Shown piece by piece: positions 37,151 to 48,250 of a stretch of 64,000 nucleotides of DNA. Below the pieces are notes generated by a model. The model did no database searches. It was given only the letters and a program-made list of their open reading frames with translations, and had not been told where the DNA came from. The position numbers were made by a program, and so were the translations under genes. The stretch is taken from assembly GCF_009914755.1 (NCBI RefSeq), contig NC_060926.1; one strand, written 5' to 3'. Numbering within the stretch: the stretch's first letter is position 1; each line of letters begins with the position of its first letter. This DNA comes from the human T2T-CHM13v2.0 reference genome, Homo sapiens.

Positions 37151-37862
37151 CCTTTCGAAAAGCCTCTTTCTTCACTGGGACTCTCTTCCCCTTTGCTTGT
37201 ATAAGCCTTTAAGAAGGGTACGCAAACAGCTGGAAGGCTGGTTCCCAGGTGACCGGGGTGCATCAGGCGGCACCCTGAGAGATGACTATGGGTGGGGCCT
37301 CCTGAGGGCTAGCAGCAGAAGCACCGCCCTTACGATGAATGCTGGGCCCCATCGCATTGTGAAGTAGTGGGTCTGCTGGCAAGGGAGGCATGCGAGCAAG
37401 GCTGGGTACCCACATGGCTCCTGCAAAGAGGGGTCTCCAGATGGGGTGGGCGGTGGCTGGAGGTCCTCAGCCCATCTGTGTTGGCTGATGTGTGCTGCCC
37501 TATCCTTGGCTGCCTTCCCAACTCTCAGGACCGAAAGGCATCATTGCTTTGAAAACAAGTGGTCCGTGGCTGAGAGCCATCCGTGCGTATCTTCCCTTTG
37601 GGTCTGTGCCATCGTCCTGCTTAATGTTGCAAATGGATGGCACAGATATTTAACCAGGTCACTGCAATCCCTACATCCTCATTCAGTGAGCTTCCAACTC
37701 AGAAGGCATCCCTGCTTTCAGAAATAACACTGAGAACTGTAAATGTCTGTCATTTAAACCAAACACATGTCCTTGCTTTATGAAAGCCTAAGTAATTTGT
37801 GACCATTTTCTTCTGTTATCTCCAACCCAGGGTTTTATTTTGTTTTTGTTTGTTTTCATTAG

Positions 37863-38213
37863 CTTATTAGTTCATTTTCATGCTGCTGATAAAGACGTAC
37901 CTGAGACTGGGAAGAAAAAGAGGTTTAATTGGACTTACAGTTCCACATGGCTGGGGAGGCCTCAGAATCATGGTGGGAGGCGAAAGGCACTTCTTACATG
38001 GTGGCAGCAAGAGAAAATGAGGAAGAAGCAAAAGCGGAAATCCCTGATAAACCCATCAGATTTCATGAGACTTATTCACTACCACGAGACTAGCAGGAAA
38101 GACCAGCCCCCATGATGCAATTACCTGCCCCTGGGTCCCTCCCATGACACGTGGGAATTAAGGGAGTACAATTGAAGATGAGATTTGGGTGGGGACACAG
38201 CCAAACCATATCA
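37863..38213 (-). mobile_element. THE1C solo LTR
   Basis: GAGACTGGGAAGAAAAAGAGGTTTAATTGGACTTACAG...GGAGGCGAAAGGCACTTCTTAC...CCAAACCATATCA; perfect 5-bp TSD ATTAG. Confidence 0.94.
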
Positions 38214-39710
38214 ATTAGTCAAAGGACCAGGACAGAGGTTTTCAACCAGTCACCACTATAACCCCGTGGGTCTCCATGAGAGCTGAAGGGACCCATAATA
38301 TGGGTAACACATGCCCCCATGGTGCCTATAGGGTCTGGAGCCCTGGGCTCATACACACACATGCAGGAGCTCCTGCACACACCTGGAAGATGAAGAAGAG
38401 ACTGAGGGCCAGGAGGGGCCCCTGCTTTGATTTGCCCAGTGTGAGGCTGTACCAGAACTGGCCTCCAGCTCTGGGTCTGGGGTGCACTGGCCTCATGAGG
38501 GGTGCCCTGGAGGCCCCAGCAAAGAGAGCGGTGCTTTCCCAAGCAGCCACAGACAGGACAGGGACTGAGAATCCCAGCATCCACTTCTGGGTGGCAGCCA
38601 GCACCCTGCCCAGGGTCCATCTGGCATCTGGCAGGCCTGATAAACACCAGTGTCCTCCCCACTCAGGTGGCCCCAGAACAGCAGATGCCTTGGAGCATGG
38701 GCCTCGGCCTCAGGCACACCCACTCCAAGGCCCCAGCTGGCAGACCACGAGCAGAGTGGCCTTAGGGAGCCACTTGGTGGTCACCGGCCCCAGGTTCTCC
38801 AAGTGTAGACAGGGGCTGTGGATTCCCCACTCTCAGGGAGGTTCAGAGGTGATGTTCAGAGGACACGGTGCCAGGTCTGAATGGGACGCGCATCTGCACC
38901 GGGTCCGAATGGGACACTCATCTCTGGCGGATGTGAGCTGTCGGCGGTGATGCCCAGCATCCCTCCCTCCCTCCCGCATGCTGCTCAAACAGGTTTTCCA
39001 CCTGCACCCTCCTTTAAGTGTGGGCTGGACCGCCGCCCAGAGGCTGAGGGGCTCCTGGGCAAGAAACTACATGCAAGGCAGAAGGGGCCGCTCTGGAGCA
39101 GAGCTGGCCTCCAGCGCTTGTCCTTCCAGCCGCATCCTGCAGATGTGCTGACTGAGACAGGTGCCTGTCCCAGGGATAGACCGGCCCAGGTGAAGTCTCT
39201 GAATGGTGCTGGGGGCAGATCTTGATGGCAGAGAGGAACACAGAGAGCAGAGATTCATCCCCTGCATGGCCCTGTCCTCCTCATTGCCCACAACTCCTCT
39301 AGGAACTACTATGGTTGTTTCCGTCTCAGATCAAAAGCCCAGCATTCATACCGGGGCTGCGTGACCTGAGATCTCCTCCTCTGCTGCACCGTGGTCAGTG
39401 GCAGCCCCCGAAGAGCAGCTTCCCTAGGGCTCCCGCCCGGCCTGAGTCTGCCCTGGCCCCACTGCACACCCTGGCCACTTGGGCCTCCGTCTGCCAGGTC
39501 AGCCCTGCCACACACTGCATGGTGCTGTGAGTACCCTGTACTTCCCAGAAGCCCCAAGCACTGTCTTCCTTCTTCCCAGGGTCCTGAGAGGCCTTGGCAC
39601 AGGGCAGAGGACACGTGGGGACTCTCTTGGATCACTGAGCTCTGCAGATGGGAATCCCCACCCTGAGGCTTTTGAGAGTGGAGAGAACTACTGCAAACCC
39701 CAGGACAGCT

Positions 39711-40667
39711 GAGTTCAGGTGGGAGACGGGCTATAACTCGGCCGAGTCCAGATGGAAGAGGGGCTATGACTCGGCCGAGTCCAGGTGGGAGAGGGGCTAT
39801 GACTCGGCCGAGTCCAGGTGGGAGAGGGGCTATGACTCGGCCGAGTCCAGGTGGGAGAGGGGCTATGACTCGGCCGAGTCCAGGTGGGAGAGGGGCTATG
39901 ACTCGGCCGAGTCCAGGTGGGAGAGGGGCTATGACTCGGCCGAGTCCAGGTGGGAGAGGGCCTATGACTCGGCCGAGTCCAGGTGGGAGAGGGGCTATGA
40001 CTCGGCCGAGTCCAGGTGGGAGAGGGGCTATGACTCGGCCGAGTCCAGGTGGGAGAGGGGCTATGACTCGGCCGAGTCCAGATGCGAGAGGGGCTATGAC
40101 TCGGCCGAGTCCAGGTGGGAGAGGGGCTATGACTCGGCCGAGTCCAGGTGGGAGAGGGCCTATGACTCGGCCGAGTCCAGATGCGAGAGGGGCTATGACT
40201 CGGCCGAGTCCAGGTGGGAGAGGGGCTATGACTCGGCCGAGTCCAGGTGGGAGAGGGGTTATGACTCGGCCGAGTCCAGGTGGGAGAGGGGCTATGACTC
40301 GGCCGAGTCCAGGTGGGAGAGGGGCTATGACTCGGCCGAGTCCAGGTGGGAGAGGGGCTATGACTCGGCCGAGTCCAGGTGGGAGAGGGGCTATGACTCG
40401 GCCGAGTCCAGGTGGGAGAGGGGCTATGACTCGGCCGAGTCCAGGTGGGAGAGGGGCTATGACTCGGCCGAGTCCAGGTGGGAGAGGGGCTATGACTCGG
40501 CCGAGTCCAGGTGGGAGAGGGGCTATGACTTGGCTGAGTCCAGGTGGGAGAGGGGCTATGACTTGGCAGAGTCCAGATGGGAGAGGGGCTATGACTCGGC
40601 TGAGTCCAGGTGGGAGAGGGGCTATGACTCGGCCGAGTCCAGGTGGGAGAGGGGCTATGACTTGGCC
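39711..40667. repeat. Minisatellite/VNTR, 33-bp unit x 29
   Basis: Unit GAGTCCAGGTGGGAGAGGGGCTATGACTCGGCC; 957 bp = 29 x 33 with no indels. Confidence 0.99.
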
Positions 40668-41748
40668 CCTCATGCCCCTGGCTGCACTTGCTAAGGATGA
40701 GTCCATCATCCAAGCCACCATGCTGGATTCAAAAGGCATTCAGAACTGGGAGACCAGAAATTTCCATGCTGATTCAGAGGTCAAAGGTGAGACAATCTGG
40801 AAGAGCTGAGAGGGAGCCAGCAGCTGGTCTGGCACTAGGTATTGAGAAGTGATGCCAAAAAATGTCCGTGGACCTACTTTTGAATTCAGTAAAACATGGC
40901 AGAACATTCCGAGGCTTCCCTTGCAAGGGTAGCAGGCTCACTTTGAGAGAGGGCAATACCTGACTGGGCAGACCCAATGGCCCTGTCCCTTCCTCAACCT
41001 CAGAGGCCAGCTGCAGGGAGGCCATGCCTGCCTGTGTCCCCAGGGCTGGAGCCACCTGCCCGGCCAAGATCCCGCTCACTCTTCTCTCCGGAGAGGGCAG
41101 GCATCACATCCAGGGAGGCCCTCCCAGCCCAGAGGGCCATGCACACTCCACAGGTCCCCAGAGCAGCTGCAACCTCGAGGCCTCGTGCTCCCCGCCAGCC
41201 CTGCGTCCCCGGGGCTCAGCTCACCCTCAAGCAGAACAGCAGTGGCATCGGAATAATGTCAAAGGCGCCAGTGCTTCCTTCCTACACACCTACTATGAAC
41301 CTGTCAGATCCCCATGAGCTCTGCAGAGACAAGCCCAGGAATTTACACCTCATGGCTGTCAGGGCAAGCAATGCTGCTCCACAGCTTAGCCCCAGGGACA
41401 CCACAGAAGCCAGGAGGCTGACGTGAGAGCCGGTGTAAGTCTGAACACCCAGGGACAGTGAGACCAGCAACGCCTGGCTGGGCAGGGTGGGGGGTGGGGG
41501 AGGCCTGAGACAAAGCTGCCGCCCCACACGAACAGGGACAGCAGGAGGCCCTGGGACAAGACTGCCCAGGCCCAGGGGGTGACTCCCCGCACCCAGCACA
41601 TTTCTCTTAACAGGTTCCCAGCAGGACCCCCGGCTGCACCCCATCCGGGTACCCATTTCCGGCCGTGGCAGCCGACACCCTCCTACCCCAGGGGAAAGTA
41701 CATGGTCTGGCCGCTCCAGCCCCACAGTGCAGAGCTGACCCAGGAGGC

Positions 41749-41860
41749 AGGACAGGCACCGGATCATCAAAGCGGTGGAGAAGGCCCTGGGGATGTGGAC
41801 TGAGGGCAAGAACCAGCCAGAAATGCCTGGTGGGGAAAACACAGACGTTGAGCCCGTGGG
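41749..41860. repeat. Diverged direct repeat, copy 1 (copy 2 at 43517-43625)
   Basis: Shared AGGACAGGC..ATCATCAAAGCG..AAGGCCCTGG..GGGCAAGAACCA.CCAGAAATGCCT.GTGGGGAAAA. Confidence 0.9.
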
Positions 41861-43216
41861 CCTGGCGGGTGGGTTTACGAAGGCAGCAACGTGCCTGGTG
41901 CGGTGGGGCAGGTGGAGGAGTCCCGTGAAGGTGTGCGGTGAGGCAGAGGTGTGAGTCGGAGCAGGTGTGGGAAGGGTGTGAAGAGGGTACTAGAAGCAGA
42001 GGTGCCCCAATGCGGGGCCAGAGTCACAGGGACAGAGAAAAGTCAAAAGGATCAAATATTTCCAAAGCAAGTTAATGAGAAAATCTTCCGGTTAAAAGCA
42101 GGGATGAGCCCTCCTACAGCAAAGGGCACAGGGAGAGGCAGCCAGGTGGCACACACACCTCCTGGAGAAACTCGGGGACCTCCCAGGGTAAGACAGGAGT
42201 CTGGAGGGTCAGGACACATCACTGGCCTCTGAGTACCAGCGTGAGATTCATCACCTTGCCCCACCGAATTCCAAGAGCCAGCAAAAAAGCAAAGCAATGG
42301 TTCAGAGCATTGAGGGACATGAACTTTAGACCTGGCATTTCAAGTCCTCCAAGCTAGGCTCCAATATGGGAGTGGACGGCTTCCCAGACTCGGATGCCCC
42401 GATCTGTGTCCGAGAGGCACTGGAGATAAACAGGGTCGGCAGGAGGGGACGGGCGCTGCTGCGGTGGCAGGAGGAGAATGCATCAGGAAAGTGCTTAGGA
42501 CAGCCGAGAGTGTGTGGGATAACCTGGGATGAAAGCCACAGGGGCTACCAGCACAGGGCTGCTGAGGAAAGAGGGGTGCTGCCTCCTCCCTTCATCGGGC
42601 ACCCAGGGCAAGCCCCACACTTTAAGAGGATGCCGAGCTTCTCTGGTCATTTTTAAAATTAAATTGAAGCAACACAAGAAGTCTTCTGTCCCCTAACCCC
42701 AGGAACAGCGCGATCGAAGCCTTGGCAAGTGGCATGGGCGGGGAGGCCCCACGGGGAGCCTCGCCCGAGGGCACAGGGTTCCTCAGTGTGCCTCCCTGGG
42801 AAGGCAAGGGAACAACAGACATGGAAGGCGCCCACAGGGCACAGACTGTTGCCATGAAATCCCATGGTTAGGAATCCATTGCAAGCAAATCATCTAAGTG
42901 GGGAAGGGCAGGGGTCCCAGAGTGCCCTCGGCCCTCCGTTTGCATAGGGAGATGGGAGGACCTGCCAAGGGCAGCAGTGATGGGGAGGACACCCCAATGC
43001 ATTGCTTGAGGGGAGGCCTGGCCTGAGGCCACCTGGACGCCTGTGCTGCCTCTGCGTGGCATCTGGGGACACCGAGCGGAGAAGGGCTGACCCCACACGT
43101 GGAGGCAGAGGGATGAGGCTCAGGCAATGGCCACTGCCTCCCTTGGATGTTTCTGTATTTTCTGTGTTTAAAGTCAGCAAGTATCACTTTTATAAATGAA
43201 AAAATGCCCTTCCTAT

Positions 43217-43357
43217 GAAAGAAAGAAAGAAAGAAAGAGAGAGAGAAGGAAGGAAGGGAGGGAGGGAGGGAAAGAGAAAGAAAAAGAAAGAAAGAGGAAA
43301 GAGAGAGAGAAAGAAAGAAAGAAGAAAGAGAGAGAGAAAGACAGAAAGAAAAAGAAA

Positions 43358-43418
<61 letters not shown>

Positions 43419-43452
43419 GAAGGAAAGAAAGAAAGAAGGAAAGAAAGAAAAA
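43217..43452. repeat. Polypurine (GAAA)n/(GGAA)n/(GA)n microsatellite
   Basis: ~235 nt of purines with a single C; perfect (GAAA)14 at 43361-43416. Confidence 0.98.
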
Positions 43453-43516
43453 TAAAATGTTTAAAATGGCTCTGAGGGTGTTCCTAGTCACTTTGGCAAT
43501 GGCGTTAACAAGAGCT

Positions 43517-43625
43517 AGGACAGGCGCTGAATCATCAAAGCGATGGGGAAGGCCCTGGAGATGCTGGTGGGCAAGAACCAACCAGAAATGCCTAGTGGGG
43601 AAAATGCAGTCGTCAAGCCCGGGGG
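43517..43625. repeat. Diverged direct repeat, copy 2
   Basis: See 41749-41860. Confidence 0.9.
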
Positions 43626-44903
43626 GCTTACCTGGGACAACCTGAGATTAAAGCCATATTCGAACACCATGCCAGCCTGGTGGCCGTAGCCTCTGCCCTC
43701 TGACCCCTGTCTCCTGGGTATTGTGGTGCTGCTCCCTCTCCCCTCTCCGAGTGGCCCCTCTCTGCCAGCTGTGTGCAGCTTCTCCAGCGCCCCAGGGGCC
43801 AGGCCCAGGCAGGGAACACACCTGCTGCTTCATGAAGCATGGAGGACATGGGGAACCAGCATGGGGCTGGACCCTGCAGGGGCTTCAAGGTCCTGAATTG
43901 CCAGCCAGCTCCCACAGGCTCACAAAGGGGCCGGCACTGATAAGCACCTAGGGGAGGAGCTGGCGGAGAGGTGGGCTGGGCCCCTCAGCAGGGCTGGCTT
44001 CACCCCCACAGAGCTCCCACGAGGATCCCTCGCCATCCCCTCCTCACCAGGCTCCAGCCCTGCCTAGACGGAGCCTCCCTGTCCCTCCCTAGTCCTGAAC
44101 ACCCTTACCCACTTCTTCAGCTCCGGATAACTCAGCAGCCAACGTCTCTAGGAAGCCCTTCTAAGCCTCCCAAGGAGGGCCGGGGTCATCTGGGGCTGGC
44201 GCAGGAGAACGGAGACGGGACTGGACCGGGTTTGGGCAGGGTGAGGAGGAGCTGGAGGAGAGGGCCACAGGTGGTCCTGGGGTCCTCTGGGGTGGTGGCT
44301 GGTTGGATCGATTTGAGCTGTGGGGACCTCACAGGAGGGACAGGGCAGGCATTAGGGAAAGAGAAATGCGTGTGATCTGGGCAATGACCCCCGACCCCTC
44401 GGGAAGGTTCCAGGCAGCTGCTGCTCTCCTGAGACTCCACTGACGCAGCTCAGCCTCTTCACTCCCTACTCAGCTCACCCTCAGAAGCCTCCGCTGCCTG
44501 CTGGGCATGCAGACCCCTCCTCAGCCCCTCCGGGACCCTCCCCACACCACACCCTGAGTAGGATGGGGTCGTGAACGGCCCCAGCACCAGGAGCGACCCA
44601 CACCCCTGCAGAGTCCAGCAGCCACTCGGCCGCCTCTTCCTGGTTCTCTTGGTGGTGCACCCAGTAGGAGGGTGAGAGGGTGGGGGTTTGGCTGACAGAT
44701 TCATGAGCGACAAGGGGATCACCTGAAGTACACCCCACCCACTGCATGCCGCCCTCATGCCACCAGGCCCAGACAAGCCCAGGGACACTCCTGCTCCTCA
44801 CCCTCAAGGGAGAGGCTCTCCCCCTGGCCCTGAGCAGGGGTGGCGCCCAGATCCTGGCACCCAAGAGTTCTTTGGTTCCCCCAATGGAGGGATGCTTCCT
44901 CAG

Positions 44904-45022
44904 GCAGGGCTGACGCCCTTGGATAGGGCTGACCCCTTAGGGTGGAGCTGAACCCCTAGGGCAGGGCTGAGCCTCCTTGAGCAGCGATGAACCCCTAGGG
45001 TAGGGCTGACTCCCTTGGATTG
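44904..45022. repeat. Degenerate ~19-20-bp tandem repeat x ~6
   Basis: AGGGCTGA(N)CCCCT(T/A)GG units. Confidence 0.75.
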
Positions 45023-45186
45023 GTTGATGGGCCTCAGTGCCTGCTCTCCCCTCAAACCAACCCCCACCCATCTTTCTCTCATTACCAAATCCAAGGGTGG
45101 GGTGGGGCAGGGAGAGCCCTAGGCTCAAGACAGTGGGTCTCAGGGGACTGAGGATCAGAAACAGACAAATTCACACCCACCAGCCA

Positions 45187-45463
45187 CCTGCCCTCCCCTC
45201 CGGGCCTGGCACAAGGGACAGGGACGTGGGTCCCTGGCGGGACAAGGAGGTGTCCCCTGCCCTCCCCTCTGGGCCTGGCAGAGGGGACAGTGAGGTGGGT
45301 CCCTGATGGGACAAGGAGGTGTCCCTGCCCTCCCCTCTGGGCCTGGCAGAGGGGACAGGGACGTGGGTCCCTGGTGGGACAAGGAGGTGTCCACCTGCTC
45401 TCTCCTCTGGGCCTGGCACAGGGGAACAGGGATGTGGGCCCCTGATGCAACAAGGAGGAGTCC
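45187..45463. repeat. Minisatellite, ~69-bp unit x 4
   Basis: CCTGCCCTCCCCTCTGGGCCTGGCAGAGGGGACAGGGACGTGGGTCCCTGGTGGGACAAGGAGGTGTCC at 45187, 45256, 45324, 45394. Confidence 0.93.
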
Positions 45464-46189
45464 TGGAGTGGCCAGGGCCACACTCCCTGTTTGGGGGTCC
45501 TGCAGTGAAGTGGGTTCCAGGGCAGTGCTGCCCCTGCCTTTGACACACTCCAGGCTGTCCCAGGAGCCTGGGTGCCCTTGAGACCTGGTATGAAGGGTCC
45601 CATGGAGAGCCCTGGATCTGTCACACAGGACAAGCGGGAGCCCAATCAGAGGCTGGGAGCACCCCTCCAGGAGAAGGCTTGGGCAGGGGTCTTCGGCATC
45701 TGCCGAGGGCCCTGAGTGTTCACAGGCTTCTCAACCACACAAGGAGCAGAGGGATGGGGCTGCTCATTCTTTTACATTCTGATTAGAAAGCACGTAGTAG
45801 CCCACAGAGTGGCTGATGAAATGCTGGTTCCCCCTTAAACACGTATTGATTTCTGAAACTGTATGTGAGGTCCAGGGACCTAGGCCAAGGGTATCTAAAA
45901 GGGGCAGTGAACCACTTCATGCTACTTAGAGATGAATCCTCTCTAGATAGCATGAGGCAGCATCAGGAGGAGCTGGCATCCTCCACCACCCCACTTTGGA
46001 CAGATTTTTCTAAGCCACCAGAACTTGAGACTAAAGACCTAGGCTCAAACCCTCAAAGGAAAGATCTCAATCTCTTTACAGTATCTCAGGGATGAGGAGA
46101 GGACCCAGCAGGCTCTCAGTCAAACCCCAGAGAGACATGCTTAAGAAACAGGGAAGGACAGAGGCAGACTGAGTCTCATCAAAGACACC

Positions 46190-47047
46190 ACTTGACTGGG
46201 ACTCAGCTCCATTCCCAGCTAGGTTTATATGATAATCCTCTCACCCTATTCCCCTCACAGGAAAACACAAAAGATGATGCCATCTAGAGTCTCTATAATT
46301 CCTTTATACAGAGAGTTTGGCATAAAGGAGGTAAAGAAGCAGGAAAATGCAAACAATGATCTAGAAGAAAAAGGTCAATAGAAGTAGACCCACAGATGAT
46401 TGATTCCAAAGTTGGCAGTGGCAGAGACAAGCACTTCAAAATAAGTGTGACTCATATGTCAGAGAAATGAGAGGAAAAGATAGGCAAAGCTGAAAATAGA
46501 AAATTACAGCAGAACATTGGAATCTGTGAAAAGTCATCAAATAATACTGAAAAACATTATTTTTGGAATTAAGAACCTATTGGATGTATTTAATAGATGT
46601 TTGAACACAGCAGATCACAGAATTATTGCACTTGAATCAGATCAATTGAAAACATCCAAGATGAAACACAGAGAAAAGAAATCATTTTTAAAGAAAAGGA
46701 AACATAAAAGGAAAGCAGAACGCAGCAGAAGAGATGCATGGGACCCGGTAACAGGGCATCTGAAGGCGCCCTCCACGGTGGACCAGGCTGTTCTGCTACA
46801 AGACCGTGGTGAGACAAACGCAGGGCAGTTGTGTAAACACACAGGAACCTTTACATCAGTTTGACAGAATACTTTCATGTCTGTTCAGTCTAGGAATCGG
46901 ACCTAATATACATGTAACTGGAACCTCGGAAAGAGAAGAGAGAGAAGGAGGGAGAAGCAACATTGAAAGAGGTGATGGCTGAGAATTTCTTAGAACTGAT
47001 GAAGACCTCAGCAGGGATTCAGGAAGCTCAACAAACCCAAGGAGAAT
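46190..47047 (+). mobile_element. Old L1ME 5'/ORF1 remnant
   Basis: AAGAAGCAGGAAAATG...TCAATAGAAGTAGACCCACAGATG...ATACATGTAACTGGAA...GATGGCTGAGAATTTC...GATTCAGGAAGCTCAACAAACCC are ORF1-type motifs. Confidence 0.75.
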
Positions 47048-47661
47048 GGAGAAGGGTGGGAGCAGGAAGCAAATGGGCAGGGGAGCCTCTCGGCCTCTGG
47101 GCCCTGCGGGGTAGTTGTTCAGCAAGCAGCCACACTCAGGGCTTCTTCCTCCTGCCCGAGCCTCTGCCCACTTCTGAGAGGGGCATTCCAGGGGCTGGTG
47201 GGATCTGCTGATCTATGATTAGGATTCCAGCACTATCACCAAAAGGAGGATACCAGAAGGAAGAAGAGACAAACTTTTCCCACAGTTGAGGAAACCCCAT
47301 TCCAGACATCAACCCACCCCCATAGTGACCTGGTTGTACAGAACTCCGCACGCTCGCAGAAACATCACTGACCCCAGAGGCAGCAGAGACTGAAGGACAA
47401 TGGGCTTTGTTGGACAACCCAGATATCCCTGCACAGGCAGGGTGTACACAACTACACCAGCAGCCGAGAATGTCTGCAGGGCCCAGAGATGTGTGCAGGC
47501 CCAGTGGAGCAGGTGCCGGGAGGCTGAGGGTGGCGAAGATGGGGGGAGGAAGTCGACATCACCATGCATGGAGATGTGGGCCTCGCTGCTGCAAGGGTAG
47601 GGCGGGGAGGCCCACAGGCTTCGAAAGTGCTCCCTGTGGGAACTAGCACCCAAGAGACGGA

Positions 47662-47779
47662 TGTGTGTGGGTGTTCACCTGTATGGGTGTCTGTGTGACT
47701 GTGTGTGTGTGTTCATCTGTGTGTGTGACTGTGTGTTTGTGTGTGCATTTGTGTGTTCATCTGTGTGTATGCTGTGTGA
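47662..47779. repeat. TG-rich low-complexity tract
   Basis: Degenerate GTGTGT/GTTCATCTGTG modules. Confidence 0.85.
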
Positions 47780-48112
47780 TATCCTTGGGCCAATCAGGAA
47801 AATTAATCAGGCAAAGCTTACCTTTCTGAAATAATGCTATTCATTTACACACTTACACATTCATTTCCTTGTTTGTTGTATTGACTTCTCCATAAGGAAG
47901 TGAGCCCTAAGAGAACAGAGACCTTGGGCATCCTATTCATGGGGTGGCCCCACACCTGGAGGAGCGCCAGGTCATCTCTGCAATGGGCACACGTGTGTGG
48001 ACACCCCCGGAGGGTCACACCTGTGTCCTGACATCCATCCACGTGGTCTGGGACCTGCCGCTCACGTTCCCCAGGGCCTTGTTGCACAGAGTAACTCGCC
48101 CTCGAGGAAGTG

Positions 48113-48250
48113 CCCTGTGGAGGACAGGAGGTGCTGGAGAGGTCCCTGTGGAGGACAGGAGGTGCTGGAGAGGCCCCTGTGAAGGACAGGAGGTGCTGGA
48201 GAGGCCAGTCCCTGTGGAGGACAGGAGGTGCTGGAGAGGCCAATCCCTGC
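48113..48250. repeat. Minisatellite, 31-35-bp unit x ~4
   Basis: CCCTGTGGAGGACAGGAGGTGCTGGAGAGG at 48113, 48144, 48175, 48210. Confidence 0.93.

Noticed and set aside
39711-40667. CRISPR-like array (palindromic ~33-bp repeats)
   Set aside because: Units are head-to-tail with no unique spacers, there are no cas genes, and the context is primate DNA with Alu and L1
43196-43645. Lys/Glu/Arg-rich ORF and its Phe/Leu/Ser antisense ORF
   Set aside because: Translation of the (GAAA)n microsatellite
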